A DNA stretch of 64,000 nucleotides from a virus (lineage: Duplodnaviria; Heunggongvirae; Uroviricota; Caudoviricetes), in the IMG/VR virus record IMGVR_UViG_3300046557_000835. One strand, written 5' to 3'. Under the pieces are notes generated by a model. The model was given only the letters and a program-made list of their open reading frames with translations, had not been told where the DNA came from and ran no database searches. A program made the position numbers and the translations under genes. Shown here in pieces: positions 63,688-64,000 of this stretch; positions within the stretch are counted from its first letter, which is position 1; each line of letters starts with the position of its first letter.

Positions 63688-64000
63688 TTAATGTAAGACG
63701 GACAACTCAGCTGCGCGGACGAACAGCGGGTTGCTGGCGAGTTGTTCGAGCTGTTGTTGCAACAGTTTGGTTTTGCGGTAGCGACGGTACACCGGGATGA
63801 TCGTGGTCGCGATATACTCACGCCATTCCCGTTTGTCCTCGACACCCTGCATCGCCTTTTCCATGGCATCCAGATCGGCAAGCGTGCGTTTCTTCTCAAC
63901 CGCCGAGATGGCGCGGTTCTTCAGACGGTTGATGGTATCTTGCTTGATCCGGCGGAAGCGCACTTCCGGCGTGTCGTACGTGTTATCACCGTCGTCACCG
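63688..64000 (-). CDS. hypothetical protein, partial (frame stays open past the window end)
   Basis: The track ORF 63688..63963 continues in frame upstream without a stop to position 64000. Confidence 0.45.
   Translation of the reverse strand, partial: GDDGDNTYDTPEVRFRRIKQDTINRLKNRAISAVEKKRTLADLDAMEKAMQGVEDKREWREYIATTIIPVYRRYRKTKLLQQQLEQLASNPLFVRAAELSVLH

Noticed and set aside
1-64000. CRISPR array, rRNA, integrase/att sites, transposase
   Set aside because: There are no short regularly spaced direct repeats, no rRNA-like conserved blocks, and no tyrosine/serine recombinase or transposase ORFs. The only mobile-element signature is the GIY-YIG homing endonuclease.

Overview
This window reads like a slice of a large, GC-rich (about 55%) virulent dsDNA phage genome. 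Genes are tightly packed, there are many ATGA start/stop overlaps, and nearly everything is on the minus strand up to about 57.65 kb. From 57.68 to 61.7 kb a short plus-strand block runs the other way, closed by a bidirectional hairpin, and after 61.77 kb genes return to the minus strand.

Left part (1-27.3 kb): nucleotide-metabolism, auxiliary and probable counter-defence genes. These include an NrnA-like DHH/DHHA1 phosphoesterase, two tandem classic-AAA ATPase paralogs behind a small HTH protein, DHFR, a DUF488-NADAR fusion, a freestanding GIY-YIG/NUMOD3 homing endonuclease, the NAD salvage pair NadV (Nampt) plus NatV (NMNAT-Nudix), an SPFH/band-7 protein, an RNR-R2-like ferritin-fold protein, thymidylate synthase, a MazG-like protein and thymidylate kinase. 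Many small membrane proteins and several tandem paralog families sit between them.

Right part (27.4-64 kb): a structural module. It has two tailspikes with pectate-lyase-like beta-helices, a collagen-like fibre with Phage_fiber_2 repeats, a 1121-aa fibre with an internal ~200-aa duplication, paralogous chaperone-like and adaptor-like proteins, and large virion proteins of unknown role.

Two non-coding patterns recur. A 12-mer TAATYAACAAC-type motif lies just upstream of at least 8 start codons. A family of GC-rich hairpins, three of them sharing a CCCGCTACC stem, is followed by ATGCYGY on the transcribed strand.

No rRNA, tRNA or CRISPR array could be supported from the sequence. Many long ORFs in the track are antisense shadows of real minus-strand genes, an artefact of high GC.
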